A stretch of 64,000 bases of DNA from Vulcanimicrobiota bacterium. GTDB taxonomy: Bacteria > Vulcanimicrobiota > Vulcanimicrobiia > Vulcanimicrobiales > Vulcanimicrobiaceae. Each line of letters begins with the position of its first letter. Within the stretch, counting starts at the first letter, position 1. The stretch covers positions 1,536,001 through 1,600,000 of the forward strand of contig OY968762.1 in the NCBI GenBank assembly GCA_963695225.1. Direction: 5' to 3'. Positions 9,350 through 18,863 of the stretch are shown in pieces. The position numbers and the translations under genes are program-made. Below the pieces are notes generated by a model. That model did not search any database. It was given only the letters and a program-made list of their open reading frames with translations, and was not told where the DNA came from.

Positions 9350-10597
9350 ATGCGGCGCGAGCCGCCGCGTGCCTGGATTCCGCCGGCCGGTTTGGTCGCG
9401 GGGCACCTTGCGTACGGGTTCTCCTGGATCGTGATCGGGAGCGCGGCATGGCAGGCCTCGCCGAGCTTCGGCCTCCAGCTTGCGTGGGTGCATCTCGTCG
9501 CGCTCGGCTGGATCACGACGGTCGCACTCGCGGTGCTGATCCATGTGATCCCGGGCTTCACGGATGCGCGCTGGGCAAATGAAGGGCTCGCACGCGGCTC
9601 CATTCCCTTCTTCGCCTTCGGCGTCGCGCTCCTGACGCTCGGGTTCTACCTGAACTCGCAGGCGCTGATCCCGATCGGCGGGACTGTCGTCTGCGCCGCG
9701 CTCGCGGCCTACCTGTTCGCCGCCCTCCGGACCCTCGCTCGGGCAGGCGTCGAGCGCCAAGAGCGCGCGATCGCCGCGGCGCTCGGCCTCACGCTGATCG
9801 TCCTCGGCGTCACGGCGGCGCTCGGCTACGCGTTCACGTTCGCGCTCGGTCCCGGCTACTTCATCGGGATGTTGCGCCTGGCGCCCGCGCACGCCGTGCT
9901 CGGGATCGTCGGTTGGCTGACGATCCTCGCAACCGGCGTCTCGACGCGCACCTTCCGGCCGATCTTCGGCGCGAAATCCCGCTTCGTCTTGGCGCACGTG
10001 GCAATCGGCGTCGCATTGACGGCCGGCAGTCTCGCCGCCGCGCTCGCGATCGCGCTGCAATCCGGCCCGCTCCTCGACCTCAGCCTCCTTGCGATCGGCG
10101 CCGGGGCCGTTTGCTACGTGCTCGATGCGTTCGACATCCTCCACCGCGCGACGGTCCCGCACCGTCCGCCGCAAGCGTTCGTCGCGGCTTCTCTGACCTG
10201 GCTGCTCGTCGCCGTCGGACTCGTCGCCGCCGCCCGCTTCGGCGCCGCGACGATGCCCGCCGCCGTCTTCGTCGCGCTCGCCGGCTGGGTGGGGCAGATG
10301 GTGAACGCGCACCTCCACCACATCGGTATTCGCCTGCTCGCGACGCTCGTGCTCGGCGAAGAGGACGAGACGCGGCCGCAGGAACTGCTCGACGCACGCT
10401 TGAGCCGGCTGACCTTCGGCACGGCGCAAGTCGCAGTGCTCGCGGGCGCGGCCGGAATCGCGACGCAGCACGCCGGCCTGCTCGGGGTCGCGGGGACGGC
10501 CGGCTTCGTCGCCTTCCTCGGGCTCGGCGCGAACGTGCTGTTCGCGCGGGGCGCGGCGCTGCGGTTGCGCACGCTGGGGCCGGCCGCGGCGCGCTGA
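9350..10597 (+). CDS. Multi-pass membrane protein with intramembrane His (NnrS/heme-copper-like, function uncertain)
   Basis: About 12 hydrophobic segments with repeated WVHLVALGW / AHAVLGIVGW / ALAGWVG motifs. Confidence 0.6.
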   Translation: MRREPPRAWIPPAGLVAGHLAYGFSWIVIGSAAWQASPSFGLQLAWVHLVALGWITTVALAVLIHVIPGFTDARWANEGLARGSIPFFAFGVALLTLGFYLNSQALIPIGGTVVCAALAAYLFAALRTLARAGVERQERAIAAALGLTLIVLGVTAALGYAFTFALGPGYFIGMLRLAPAHAVLGIVGWLTILATGVSTRTFRPIFGAKSRFVLAHVAIGVALTAGSLAAALAIALQSGPLLDLSLLAIGAGAVCYVLDAFDILHRATVPHRPPQAFVAASLTWLLVAVGLVAAARFGAATMPAAVFVALAGWVGQMVNAHLHHIGIRLLATLVLGEEDETRPQELLDARLSRLTFGTAQVAVLAGAAGIATQHAGLLGVAGTAGFVAFLGLGANVLFARGAALRLRTLGPAAAR

Positions 10598-10647
10598 GCG
10601 CTCGAGTGAGAAAGGGGCCCGTTCCTTAAGCGGCATAATGCCTTAGA

Positions 10648-11340
10648 ATGACGGTCGCCCTGTGGATCGTGGTGCCTTACCTTTGCCTGGCCGTTTCGAT
10701 CGCCGGGCACATCTGGCGCTTCCGCGTCGACGGCTTCCAATGGTCGAACCGCACGATCAAGGCCGACGAGAAACGGTCGCTCGGGATGGGCAGCGCGCTC
10801 TTCCACTACGGCATCATCGCCTCGCTGGCGGGGCACGCGCTGGGCCTTCTCGTTCCGGTCTCGCTCGTCACCGCGGCCGGGATCGATCCGTACCTGTACC
10901 GCTCGATCGCCGTCGGCGGCGGCGTGCTCGCGGGCTCGCTCAGCGTCGTCGGGCTCGCGATCCTGCTCTATCGCCGCTTGACGAACAAGCATCTGCGCAA
11001 ACGCACGACCGGAATCGACGGCGTTTCGTACGCGCTGCTCGCCGTCATCGTCGTGCTCGGCCTGTGCGAAACCGCCGGCGTGAACCTCTTCGGCGCCGGT
11101 TACGACTACCGCGCGACGGTCGGCGTCTGGTTCCGAGGACTCCTCACGTTCTCGCCCGACCCGCAGTTGATGGCCGGCGCGCCGCTCTTTTTGCAAGCGC
11201 ACGCGATCGCCGGGTTGCTCCTCTGCTCGATCTGGCCGTTCACGCGCCTCGTTCATTCGTGGAGCGCGCCCGCGGAATCGCTCTGGAAGCCGTCGGTCTA
11301 TCGCAGCCGTTTCGTCTCGGAGCGAACGACCGAAGCCTAG
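10648..11340 (+). CDS. narI: Respiratory nitrate reductase gamma subunit-like diheme cytochrome b
   Basis: LFHYGII...GHALG and QAHAIAG...WPFTRLVH retain all four heme His; YDYR-x-TVGVWFRGL. Confidence 0.85.
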   Translation: MTVALWIVVPYLCLAVSIAGHIWRFRVDGFQWSNRTIKADEKRSLGMGSALFHYGIIASLAGHALGLLVPVSLVTAAGIDPYLYRSIAVGGGVLAGSLSVVGLAILLYRRLTNKHLRKRTTGIDGVSYALLAVIVVLGLCETAGVNLFGAGYDYRATVGVWFRGLLTFSPDPQLMAGAPLFLQAHAIAGLLLCSIWPFTRLVHSWSAPAESLWKPSVYRSRFVSERTTEA

Positions 11341-11382
11341 CCGAAGGCAAACGCAACCAAAGCGGTCGAAGCACACCGCATC

Positions 11383-12609
11383 ATGGCGCTAACGCGCGTA
11401 GCGAGCCACGGGCCAAATCGCGTGGCGTTCGTCGTCGGTCTCATCGCGCTCGCCGCGCTCGCGGCCATTATCGCCGTCTACGTCGTCCGCCGCGCCGCTG
11501 CCGTACCCGCGAACGAGATATTCCTAAGCGGGCGCCTCGAGAGCGACCGGACGGACGTCGCCTCGAAAGCCTCCGGGCGCGTCGTCGAAGTGACGGTCCG
11601 GGAGGGGGCGCGCGTGCGCCGCGGCCAAATCATCGCGCGGCTCCAAGACGACCAAGCTACGGCGGCCGTCGCCGGCGCGACCGCGCGCCTGGAGGGCGCG
11701 GAACGCATCGCGAGCAGCGCGCACGGCGACGCCGGCGTCCTCGAGCAGCAGTTGAACGCGAGCGAACTCGGGCGCGGGCAATCCGCGCTCGATTCGAGCA
11801 GCGTCGCCGCGCAGGCGCAGGCCGCGGTAGCCTCCGCGCGCGCCCAGCTCGAGCTCGCGCGGGCGCAGGCCGTGCAGGCCAGGTCCGATCTCGACCTCGC
11901 GGAGCGCGAGCGCGCGCGCGCCGAATCGCTCCTCCGCACCGGCGACATTTCCCAGGAGAGCGCGGACCAGGCGCGGGCGCGCGCCGTCTCCGCCCGCGCC
12001 GTCGTTGCGGCTCGCGACGCCGCCGCGATCGCAGCCGAACGCGGCGTCGAGGGCGCCCAGGCCGGCCTGGGCGTCGCGCGCACGTCCTCGTTCAATCCGC
12101 AGATCCGCGCCGCGCAATCCTCGGCCCTGCGCGAACAGATCGCGCAAGCGCGCAAACGGGCCGCCGCCTCCGACGCCGACGTCGCGGCGGCCCGTGCACA
12201 GCGCGCGCAGGCGCTCGCCGCTCAGGCCGATCTCATCGTGCGCAGCCCGATCGACGGAATCGTCACGACGCGGGCGGTGGAACCCGGGGCCGTCGTCGCC
12301 CCCGGGCGCATCCTCCTCGCGCTCATCGACCCGAACGCCGTCTACCTGCGCGGCTTCGTCCCCGAAGGACGCATCGGGAGCGTCCGCGTGGGGCAGCGCG
12401 CGGACGTCTTCCTCGATAGCGCGCCGAAGGACCCGCTCGCCGGGCACGTCGCGGCAATCGATGCCGAAGCTTCGTTCACCCCGGAGAACGTCTATTTCAA
12501 GGACGATCGCGTGCGCCAAGTCTTCGGCGTGCGCATCGATCTCGATCATCCGGCGGGCTTCGCGAAACCCGGGATGCCCGCCGACGGCACGATCTTCTTG
12601 GATCGCTAG
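11383..12609 (+). CDS. HlyD-family membrane fusion protein (YbhG-like)
   Basis: N-terminal TM, SGRLE, coiled coil, SPIDG, ASFTPENV, KPGMPAD. Confidence 0.88.
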   Translation: MALTRVASHGPNRVAFVVGLIALAALAAIIAVYVVRRAAAVPANEIFLSGRLESDRTDVASKASGRVVEVTVREGARVRRGQIIARLQDDQATAAVAGATARLEGAERIASSAHGDAGVLEQQLNASELGRGQSALDSSSVAAQAQAAVASARAQLELARAQAVQARSDLDLAERERARAESLLRTGDISQESADQARARAVSARAVVAARDAAAIAAERGVEGAQAGLGVARTSSFNPQIRAAQSSALREQIAQARKRAAASDADVAAARAQRAQALAAQADLIVRSPIDGIVTTRAVEPGAVVAPGRILLALIDPNAVYLRGFVPEGRIGSVRVGQRADVFLDSAPKDPLAGHVAAIDAEASFTPENVYFKDDRVRQVFGVRIDLDHPAGFAKPGMPADGTIFLDR

Positions 12610-12616
12610 CCGCGGA

Positions 12617-14530
12617 ATGAACGGCGCTCCCGTGATCCGCGCGCGCGGACTCGCCAAATCGTACGGCGCGGTCGAAGCGGTTCGCGGCGTCGATCTCGAC
12701 GTCTCGCCGGGCGAGATCTTCGGGTTGATCGGCCCGGACGGCGCAGGCAAGACGACGTGTTTCAACATGCTCGCCGGCATCTTGCAACCGAGCGCCGGGG
12801 AGTTGCGCGTCCTCGGGAAGCCGGCCGCCGAAGTCCGCACGAGCGTCGGCTACCTGACGCAGCAATTCTCCCTGTACGAAGATCTCAGCGTCGACGAGAA
12901 TCTCGAATACGCCGCCGGGATGCGGCTCGTCCCCGCGGACGCGTACCGGGAGCGGCGCGCGCGCTATTTGCAGATCATGGGGCTCGAGCCGTTCGGGGCT
13001 CGCCTCGCGGGGGCGCTCTCCGGCGGTATGAAGCAAAAGCTCGCACTCTGCTGCGCGCTGATCGCCGAGCCGCGCGTGCTGCTGCTCGACGAACCGACGA
13101 CGGGCGTCGATCCGATCTCACGCCGCGAGTTCTGGCGCGTCGTCGCCCGGCTCGCCGATACCGGCGTCGCGGTCGTGATCGCGACGCCGTATCTCGATGA
13201 AGCCGAGCGCTGCCGCACCGTCGCGCTGATGCACGGCGGCAGCTTCCACCGCGTCGGAAAACCGCGCGAGTTGCGGCGTGCCGAAGGCTTGCGGCGGCTC
13301 GAGGTCCGGGTCGACGATCTACGCCGCAGCGACCGCGCCCTGACCGCGCTCGCGACGGCGCACGCCGGGACGATCGTGGACGTGCAACCGTTCGGCGACC
13401 GCATCGACGTGCTCGCGAAAGACGAAGCGGCGGCCGAGCAAAGCGTCCGCGAATGCCTCGCTCGAGAGCACGTTGCGATCGCCGGGCTCGTCGACGAAGA
13501 ACCCACGCTCGAAAACGTGTTCGTTCTCGACCTCCACGCAAACGCCGCGAGCGCCGAGCTGCAAGTGCCGTTTCCGGAGAGCGGCGGCGCCGCGCGCGGC
13601 GGGCGCTTGGGGACGGCGATCGAAGCGCGCGACCTCGTCAAGCGCTACGGCTCGTTCACCGCGGTCGATCGCGTCAGCTTGCGCGTAGCCTACGGCGAGA
13701 TCTACGGTCTGCTCGGCGCGAACGGCGCCGGGAAGACGACGACGATCAAGCTGCTCTGCGGATTGGCGGCAGCCGACGACGGCCTCGTGACGATCGCCGG
13801 CGTCGCGCACGATCTGCGTTCCCCCGCGTTGCGGCGGCGCATCGGCTACATGAGCCAGAAGTTCACGCTCTACGACGACCTCACGATCGGCGAGAACCTC
13901 GAGTTCTACGCGGGCGTCTACGGGATTCCGCGCGCGGAGCGCGCCGCGAAGATCGATTGGGTGCTCGAAAGCTGCGACCTGGGCGGGCGCCGCAACGAGC
14001 TGACGGCAAAGCTCCCCGGGGGCTACAAGCAGCGCGTCGCCTTCGGTGCGTCGGTCATGCACGATCCCGAGATCCTCTTCCTCGACGAGCCGACCTCCGG
14101 CGTCGATCCGCTCGCGCGGCGCGCGTTCTGGCGGCTGATCGATACGTTCGCTGCGCGCGGTGCCGCGATCGTCGTGACGACGCACCATCTCGATGAAGCC
14201 GAGCATTGCAACCGGATGGGCCTGATGGCCGCGGGGAAGACCATCGCCGAGGGCTCGGCAGCCGAGATCAAGGCGCTGCAGCCGGCGGCGGTCTACGAGC
14301 TGCAGACGACCGCGCCCGAGCGCGCCCTCGATGCGCTCGAGCGCATCTTGCCCGCCTGGCGGGCCTCGCTCTTCGGCGATCGCGTGCACGTCGTTCTCGA
14401 GGATCCCGAACGGGAACTCGAAGCGGTGCGCGCCGCGCTCGCGCAGGCCGGGATCGAAGCGACGTTTGCGCGCACGCCGCAAACGCTCGAGGACGCGTTC
14501 ATCGGCCTCGTCCAGCGGCAGCCGGTATGA
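12617..14530 (+). CDS. ABC exporter ATP-binding protein with two NBDs (YbhF-like)
   Basis: GPDGAGKTT and GANGAGKTT Walker A motifs; two LDEPT motifs. Confidence 0.9.
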   Translation: MNGAPVIRARGLAKSYGAVEAVRGVDLDVSPGEIFGLIGPDGAGKTTCFNMLAGILQPSAGELRVLGKPAAEVRTSVGYLTQQFSLYEDLSVDENLEYAAGMRLVPADAYRERRARYLQIMGLEPFGARLAGALSGGMKQKLALCCALIAEPRVLLLDEPTTGVDPISRREFWRVVARLADTGVAVVIATPYLDEAERCRTVALMHGGSFHRVGKPRELRRAEGLRRLEVRVDDLRRSDRALTALATAHAGTIVDVQPFGDRIDVLAKDEAAAEQSVRECLAREHVAIAGLVDEEPTLENVFVLDLHANAASAELQVPFPESGGAARGGRLGTAIEARDLVKRYGSFTAVDRVSLRVAYGEIYGLLGANGAGKTTTIKLLCGLAAADDGLVTIAGVAHDLRSPALRRRIGYMSQKFTLYDDLTIGENLEFYAGVYGIPRAERAAKIDWVLESCDLGGRRNELTAKLPGGYKQRVAFGASVMHDPEILFLDEPTSGVDPLARRAFWRLIDTFAARGAAIVVTTHHLDEAEHCNRMGLMAAGKTIAEGSAAEIKALQPAAVYELQTTAPERALDALERILPAWRASLFGDRVHVVLEDPERELEAVRAALAQAGIEATFARTPQTLEDAFIGLVQRQPV

Positions 14531-15630
14531 TCCTGCGGCGCATCGGAACGCAGTGTCTCAAGGAGTTGCGGCAGTTCCGGCGCGACCGGCTCTCCGTGGG
14601 GCTCGCGTTCGTGCTGCCCGCGTTGATGCTCCTGATCTTCGGGTTCGGGATCCGCCTCGAGAGCCACGACATCCCGATCGCGGTCGGCGACGAAGACGTC
14701 ACGACGACGAGCCGCACGATCGTCGAGCGCCTGTTCGCGACGAACGTGTTCCGCGCCGTCCCGTTCGAGCGCAAGCCGGGGGAATCGCCGGACTCCGCTC
14801 TCGACCGGGGAATCGCGCGCGCGACGATCGTCATTCCGCCCGGCTACGAACGGGCGATGCTCGCGGGGCATCCGATTCCGCTCGAGATCACGATCGACGG
14901 CAGCGATGTCGTCAACGCGCGCGTCATCCGCAACGAACTGCTCGCGACGACCTCCGCCTATGCGGCCGCGCGCGCCGACGTCATCCGCCCGCGCGTGCGC
15001 ATTTGGTTCAATCCCGGCCGGCGCGAGGCGCTCTACATCATCCCGGGGATCTACGCGATCGTCATCGGCATCTTCCCGGCTCTGCTCGCGGCCATCGCCG
15101 CCGTCCGCGATCGCGAAGAGGGGACGATCTTGCAGGTCTACGCCTCCTCGGTCGGCGCGACGGAGTATCTGCTCGGCAAGACGTTTGCGTACGCGCTCGT
15201 CGGCCTCGCGGAGGCGACCGCGATCATGCTGCTCGGCGCGCTCATCTGGGGCTTGCTCCCGGTCGGGGACGTGACGCCGCTCTTGATCTGCACGCCGCTC
15301 TACTGCATCACGGTGGTCGCGCTCGGCATGGCGGTCGGCTCGCGCACGACGACGCAGAGCGCGGCGGTTCAGGCGATCGCGACGGTTTCGAACTTGCCCG
15401 CAGTCCTGTTGACGGGCTTCCTCTACCCGATCTCCAACATCCCGTGGCCGCTCAACTTGCTCTCGTACGTCATCCCGGCGCGCTACTTCATCGACGTCTC
15501 GCGCGATGCGTTCGTCCGCGGGAGCGGCTGGGAAGGCGTCGTCGCGGCACCTTTCGCGCTCGCCGCGATCGCGCTCGTGTGCCTCGCCGTCGCGCGCCGT
15601 TCGCTCGGCGCGATGAGGCTCGCCGCGTGA
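14527..15630 (+). CDS. ABC-2 permease (YbhS-like)
   Basis: KELRQFRRDR, WFNP, REEGT; translationally coupled to the ATPase. Confidence 0.88.
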   Translation: MILRRIGTQCLKELRQFRRDRLSVGLAFVLPALMLLIFGFGIRLESHDIPIAVGDEDVTTTSRTIVERLFATNVFRAVPFERKPGESPDSALDRGIARATIVIPPGYERAMLAGHPIPLEITIDGSDVVNARVIRNELLATTSAYAAARADVIRPRVRIWFNPGRREALYIIPGIYAIVIGIFPALLAAIAAVRDREEGTILQVYASSVGATEYLLGKTFAYALVGLAEATAIMLLGALIWGLLPVGDVTPLLICTPLYCITVVALGMAVGSRTTTQSAAVQAIATVSNLPAVLLTGFLYPISNIPWPLNLLSYVIPARYFIDVSRDAFVRGSGWEGVVAAPFALAAIALVCLAVARRSLGAMRLAA

Positions 15631-16736
15631 GCGCGCCGCTCGCGGCGCTCGGCGCGCTCTTGCTCAAAGAACTGCGCCAGCTCTTGCGCAACCGGCAAGT
15701 GATCGCCCTCCTGCTGATCCCGCCGTTTTTCCAACTCGTGATCTTTGGAATCATCCTCGATCCGGACGTGCGCGCGATCCCGCTCGGCGTCGTCGACGAG
15801 CGCCCCTCGGCGACGAGCCGCGAGATCGTCTCGGCGCTCACGCGCAACGGCACGTTCGTCGCCGGCCTGCAAGCGCCATCGGAGGCCGCGCTCGCCGACG
15901 CCGTCCGGCGCGGACAGGTCGCCGCCGGGCTGGTCATTCCGCCGGACCTCGAACGCCGAATCGCGCGCGGCGAGCAGCCGGAAGTCGGGCTCTACCTGGA
16001 CGGCGTCAACAGCTACACGTCGGGGATTGCGGGTGGGTACGCAACGCAGATCCTCGCGACCGTCCCCACCGCGCATTCGCCGCCGCTCGCGGGCTCCGCC
16101 GCGCCGGGCGTGACGTATCTCTACAATCCCGGGCTCGTCAGTAGCTGGTTCTTCATCCCGGGTATCATCGGCGCGCTGCTCCTGCTCGTCAGCGTGATCG
16201 CGACCGCGGTCGAAGCGATTCGCGAAAAAGAAAGCGGGACGCTCGAGCAGCTCTTGATGACGCCCGCGAGTTCCTCCGCGATCGTCGTCGCGAAGATCGT
16301 CCCGATGTTCTGTCTGCTGCTCGTGACGTACGCGATCGCCGTGTGCGTCGCGTACTTCGGGTTTGGGCTGCCGTTCCGCGGAAGCTTTCTCGCGTTCACG
16401 CTGATCTCGGCGCTGATGATCCTCGGCGGCATGGGACTGGGAATGTTGCTCGCGACGGTCGCGCGCAACCGGCGGCAAGCGATCCTCTCCGCGATGTTCC
16501 TCGCGCTCCCGCTCGTGCAGCTATCGGGCGCGATCGCACCGATCGAGAGCATGCCCCCGGCCGTCGCGACCGCCACGCTGCTGAATCCGTTGCGCCACTA
16601 TGCGACGATCGTGCGCGCGATCTGGCTCAAGGGCTCGGGGATCGAGATCTACTGGCCGAACGCGCTCTTCCTCGTCGTCTTCACGCTCGTCGCGCTCGGG
16701 GTCAGCATCGCGCTCTACCGCCGCCAGCTCGTCTGA
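15627..16736 (+). CDS. ABC-2 permease (YbhR-like)
   Basis: KELRQLLR, YNP, REKESGTLEQLLMTP, LSGAIAPIESMP. Confidence 0.88.
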   Translation: MSAPLAALGALLLKELRQLLRNRQVIALLLIPPFFQLVIFGIILDPDVRAIPLGVVDERPSATSREIVSALTRNGTFVAGLQAPSEAALADAVRRGQVAAGLVIPPDLERRIARGEQPEVGLYLDGVNSYTSGIAGGYATQILATVPTAHSPPLAGSAAPGVTYLYNPGLVSSWFFIPGIIGALLLLVSVIATAVEAIREKESGTLEQLLMTPASSSAIVVAKIVPMFCLLLVTYAIAVCVAYFGFGLPFRGSFLAFTLISALMILGGMGLGMLLATVARNRRQAILSAMFLALPLVQLSGAIAPIESMPPAVATATLLNPLRHYATIVRAIWLKGSGIEIYWPNALFLVVFTLVALGVSIALYRRQLV

Positions 16737-16752
16737 GTAGACGGCCGCGCCG

Positions 16753-17082
16753 CTACGGTGCGCCGAAATGCCGCGCGCGGCTCACGGCGACGTCGCTGAC
16801 GAACGCGACGCCCGATTTCCGCTCGAAGAGCGGGAGCAGCGCATCGAGCACGCCGTCGAGCACCGTCTCGGGAACGACAGCGACGAACATGACCTGCGTG
16901 CCGACGTCGTCGAAGAGCAAGCGCCCCTCGTGGCGCCCGTGGTGCCCCATCCCGGAGACGTTCTGCAGCATCGTGTAGCCGCAGACGCCGCTGCCGGAGA
17001 GCGCGTCTTTGACCGCTTGAAGTTGCTCGCCGTCGACGACGATCTCGATCTTTTTCATCGGCGTCAGCGCGTGGCTGCCCAT
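16753..17082 (-). CDS. P-II-like (SbtB/DUF190-type) signal transduction protein
   Basis: MKKIEIVV...GYTMLQNVSGMGHHG...SGVAFVSDVAV; RBS GAGGAG. Confidence 0.8.
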   Translation of the reverse strand: MGSHALTPMKKIEIVVDGEQLQAVKDALSGSGVCGYTMLQNVSGMGHHGRHEGRLLFDDVGTQVMFVAVVPETVLDGVLDALLPLFERKSGVAFVSDVAVSRARHFGAP

Positions 17083-17160
17083 TTTCACCCCTCCTCGTCA
17101 CCCAAGACGCTACTTGTTGCAGAGTCGCCGAAACACCCGGTTCCCGCGCCGGTTCGAAAG

Positions 17161-17742
17161 CTAGCTCGGGCCGTGCTTGGCGCTGCGGCTCTCCATGCGC
17201 TCGAGCAGCTCGCGCACCCCCGCCGCATGATCGAGCAAGCGCGCGTGATCGGGCCGGATGAAGCCGGATGCGACGGCGCGTTCGACCTGTGCGAGCGTTC
17301 CGGCAAAGTAACCGCCGACGTCCAAGAGCGCGACGGGCTTGTGATGGACGCCGAGTTGCGTCAGCGTGATCATCTCGAAGAGCTCGTCGAGCGTCCCGAA
17401 GCCGCCCGGCAACGCGATGAAGCCGTCGGAGAGCTTCGCCATGACGACTTTCCGCTCGTGCATGCTCCCGACTTCGCGCAATTCCGAGAGCCCTTCGTGC
17501 GCGACCTCGGCCGCGAAAAGCCCGCGCGGCAAGACGCCGACGACCTCACCGCCGGCCGCGAGCATCGCGTCGGCAAGAACCCCCATCAGACCGACGCTCC
17601 CTCCGCCGTAGACGAGCGTGCGGCCCGTGCGCGCCAGCTCCTCGGCGAGCGCGCGGGTCGTCTCCACGATGACGGGGTCGTTGCCGCTCTTCGATCCGCA
17701 GAAGACGCACATGCGGCGAATCGAGATCTTCGAGTTCTCCAT
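17161..17742 (-). CDS. LOG family nucleotide phosphoribohydrolase (TIGR00730)
   Basis: CVFCGS, VYGGGSVGLMG, MHERK, LPGGFGTLDE. Confidence 0.92.
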   Translation of the reverse strand: MENSKISIRRMCVFCGSKSGNDPVIVETTRALAEELARTGRTLVYGGGSVGLMGVLADAMLAAGGEVVGVLPRGLFAAEVAHEGLSELREVGSMHERKVVMAKLSDGFIALPGGFGTLDELFEMITLTQLGVHHKPVALLDVGGYFAGTLAQVERAVASGFIRPDHARLLDHAAGVRELLERMESRSAKHGPS

Positions 17743-17819
17743 CGAGGATGCATATCGGCGACCGGGGGCCCGATTACCCGCCGGAGGGGGCCCGCTTGCG
17801 GGGAAGGAAATCGCGGCCC

Positions 17820-18536
17820 ATGAGCGCGCGAACGTCACTCGAGGGGAAGCTCGCGTTGATCACCGGCGCGAATCGCGGCATCGGACATGCGATCGCGGAG
17901 CGCTTCCTCGCCGAGGGCGCGCGCTGCATCCTCACGGTTCGCGACCTGGCGACCGCGACGAGCGCGCTCTCGCAGTTCCCCGAGCGCACGACGGAGGTCG
18001 AGGTCTGCGACATCGCCGACCCGGCTTCGATCGCGTCGCTCGGCAAGCGCGTCCGCGGGCGGCACGCGACGCTGGACATCCTCGTCAACAACGCGGCGAT
18101 CTTCCTGAGCGCGGATCGCGCGACGACCGCCGACCAGCTCGATGCCGCCGTCCTGCGAACGACGCTCGATGTGAACCTCTTCGGCACGATCGAGATGTGC
18201 AAGACGTTCGCGCCGATGATGCCGAGCGGCGGCCGCATCATCAACCTCTCATCGACGATGGGGCAACTCGACGGCGGCCTCGAGCCGTACGCCGTCGCCT
18301 ACGGCATCAGCAAGACCGCGCTCAACGCCTACACGAGCGCGCTCGCGGCCGCGCTCCACAAGCGCGGCATCCTCGTCGACGCCTACCACCCGGGCTGGGT
18401 CAAGACGGAGATGGGCGGTCCCGGTGCGCAGCGCAACGCCGAGGACGCCACCCAGACGGCGCTCTTCCTCGCAACGAGACCGGCCGGTGCGCGCACCGGC
18501 CGGTTCTGGCTCGACTCGAAACCGATTCCCTGGTGA
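17820..18536 (+). CDS. Short-chain dehydrogenase/reductase (carbonyl reductase-like)
   Basis: TGANRGIG, LVNNA, YGISK, HPGWVKTEMGG. Confidence 0.9.
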   Translation: MSARTSLEGKLALITGANRGIGHAIAERFLAEGARCILTVRDLATATSALSQFPERTTEVEVCDIADPASIASLGKRVRGRHATLDILVNNAAIFLSADRATTADQLDAAVLRTTLDVNLFGTIEMCKTFAPMMPSGGRIINLSSTMGQLDGGLEPYAVAYGISKTALNAYTSALAAALHKRGILVDAYHPGWVKTEMGGPGAQRNAEDATQTALFLATRPAGARTGRFWLDSKPIPW

Positions 18537-18545
18537 TCGCCGGGA

Positions 18546-18767
18546 CTAGGCCCGGTGCAGCCGCAAGCGCAGATGGGCGCGCGGCCGCGAACACGGGATC
18601 GCGACCGCCGGGCCGGGGGTCGCCTCATTCCAAGCGAGCAAGGTTTCGCGGGCCGGGGGGCAGGGGCACTTGAAGAGGCTGACGTCGGAATCACGACTGT
18701 CGACGCCCCATAGATTTGCCGCCACACCAAGGATTCCAAGGGACCCGATCAACAGCGCAACTTCCAT
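18546..18767 (-). CDS. Small membrane-anchored hypothetical protein
   Basis: Strong RBS GAGGAG, ATG start, N-terminal hydrophobic helix then WGVDSRD; divergent from LysR. Confidence 0.6.
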   Translation of the reverse strand: MEVALLIGSLGILGVAANLWGVDSRDSDVSLFKCPCPPARETLLAWNEATPGPAVAIPCSRPRAHLRLRLHRA

Positions 18768-18804
18768 ATTCGTTCTCTCCTCGCGCCCAGCGTATCATGC
18801 TGCA

Positions 18805-18853
18805 ACTATCGCCATGAACGATAGTGTCGATAACTATGATCAGTAAAATCGAT
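18805..18853. promoter_or_regulatory. LysR-type operator region
   Basis: Inverted repeat ACTATCG-N7-CGATAGT (18805-18825) and ATC-N9-GAT, a T-N11-A box (18839-18853). Confidence 0.6.
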
Positions 18854-18863
18854 GGAGCTAACG

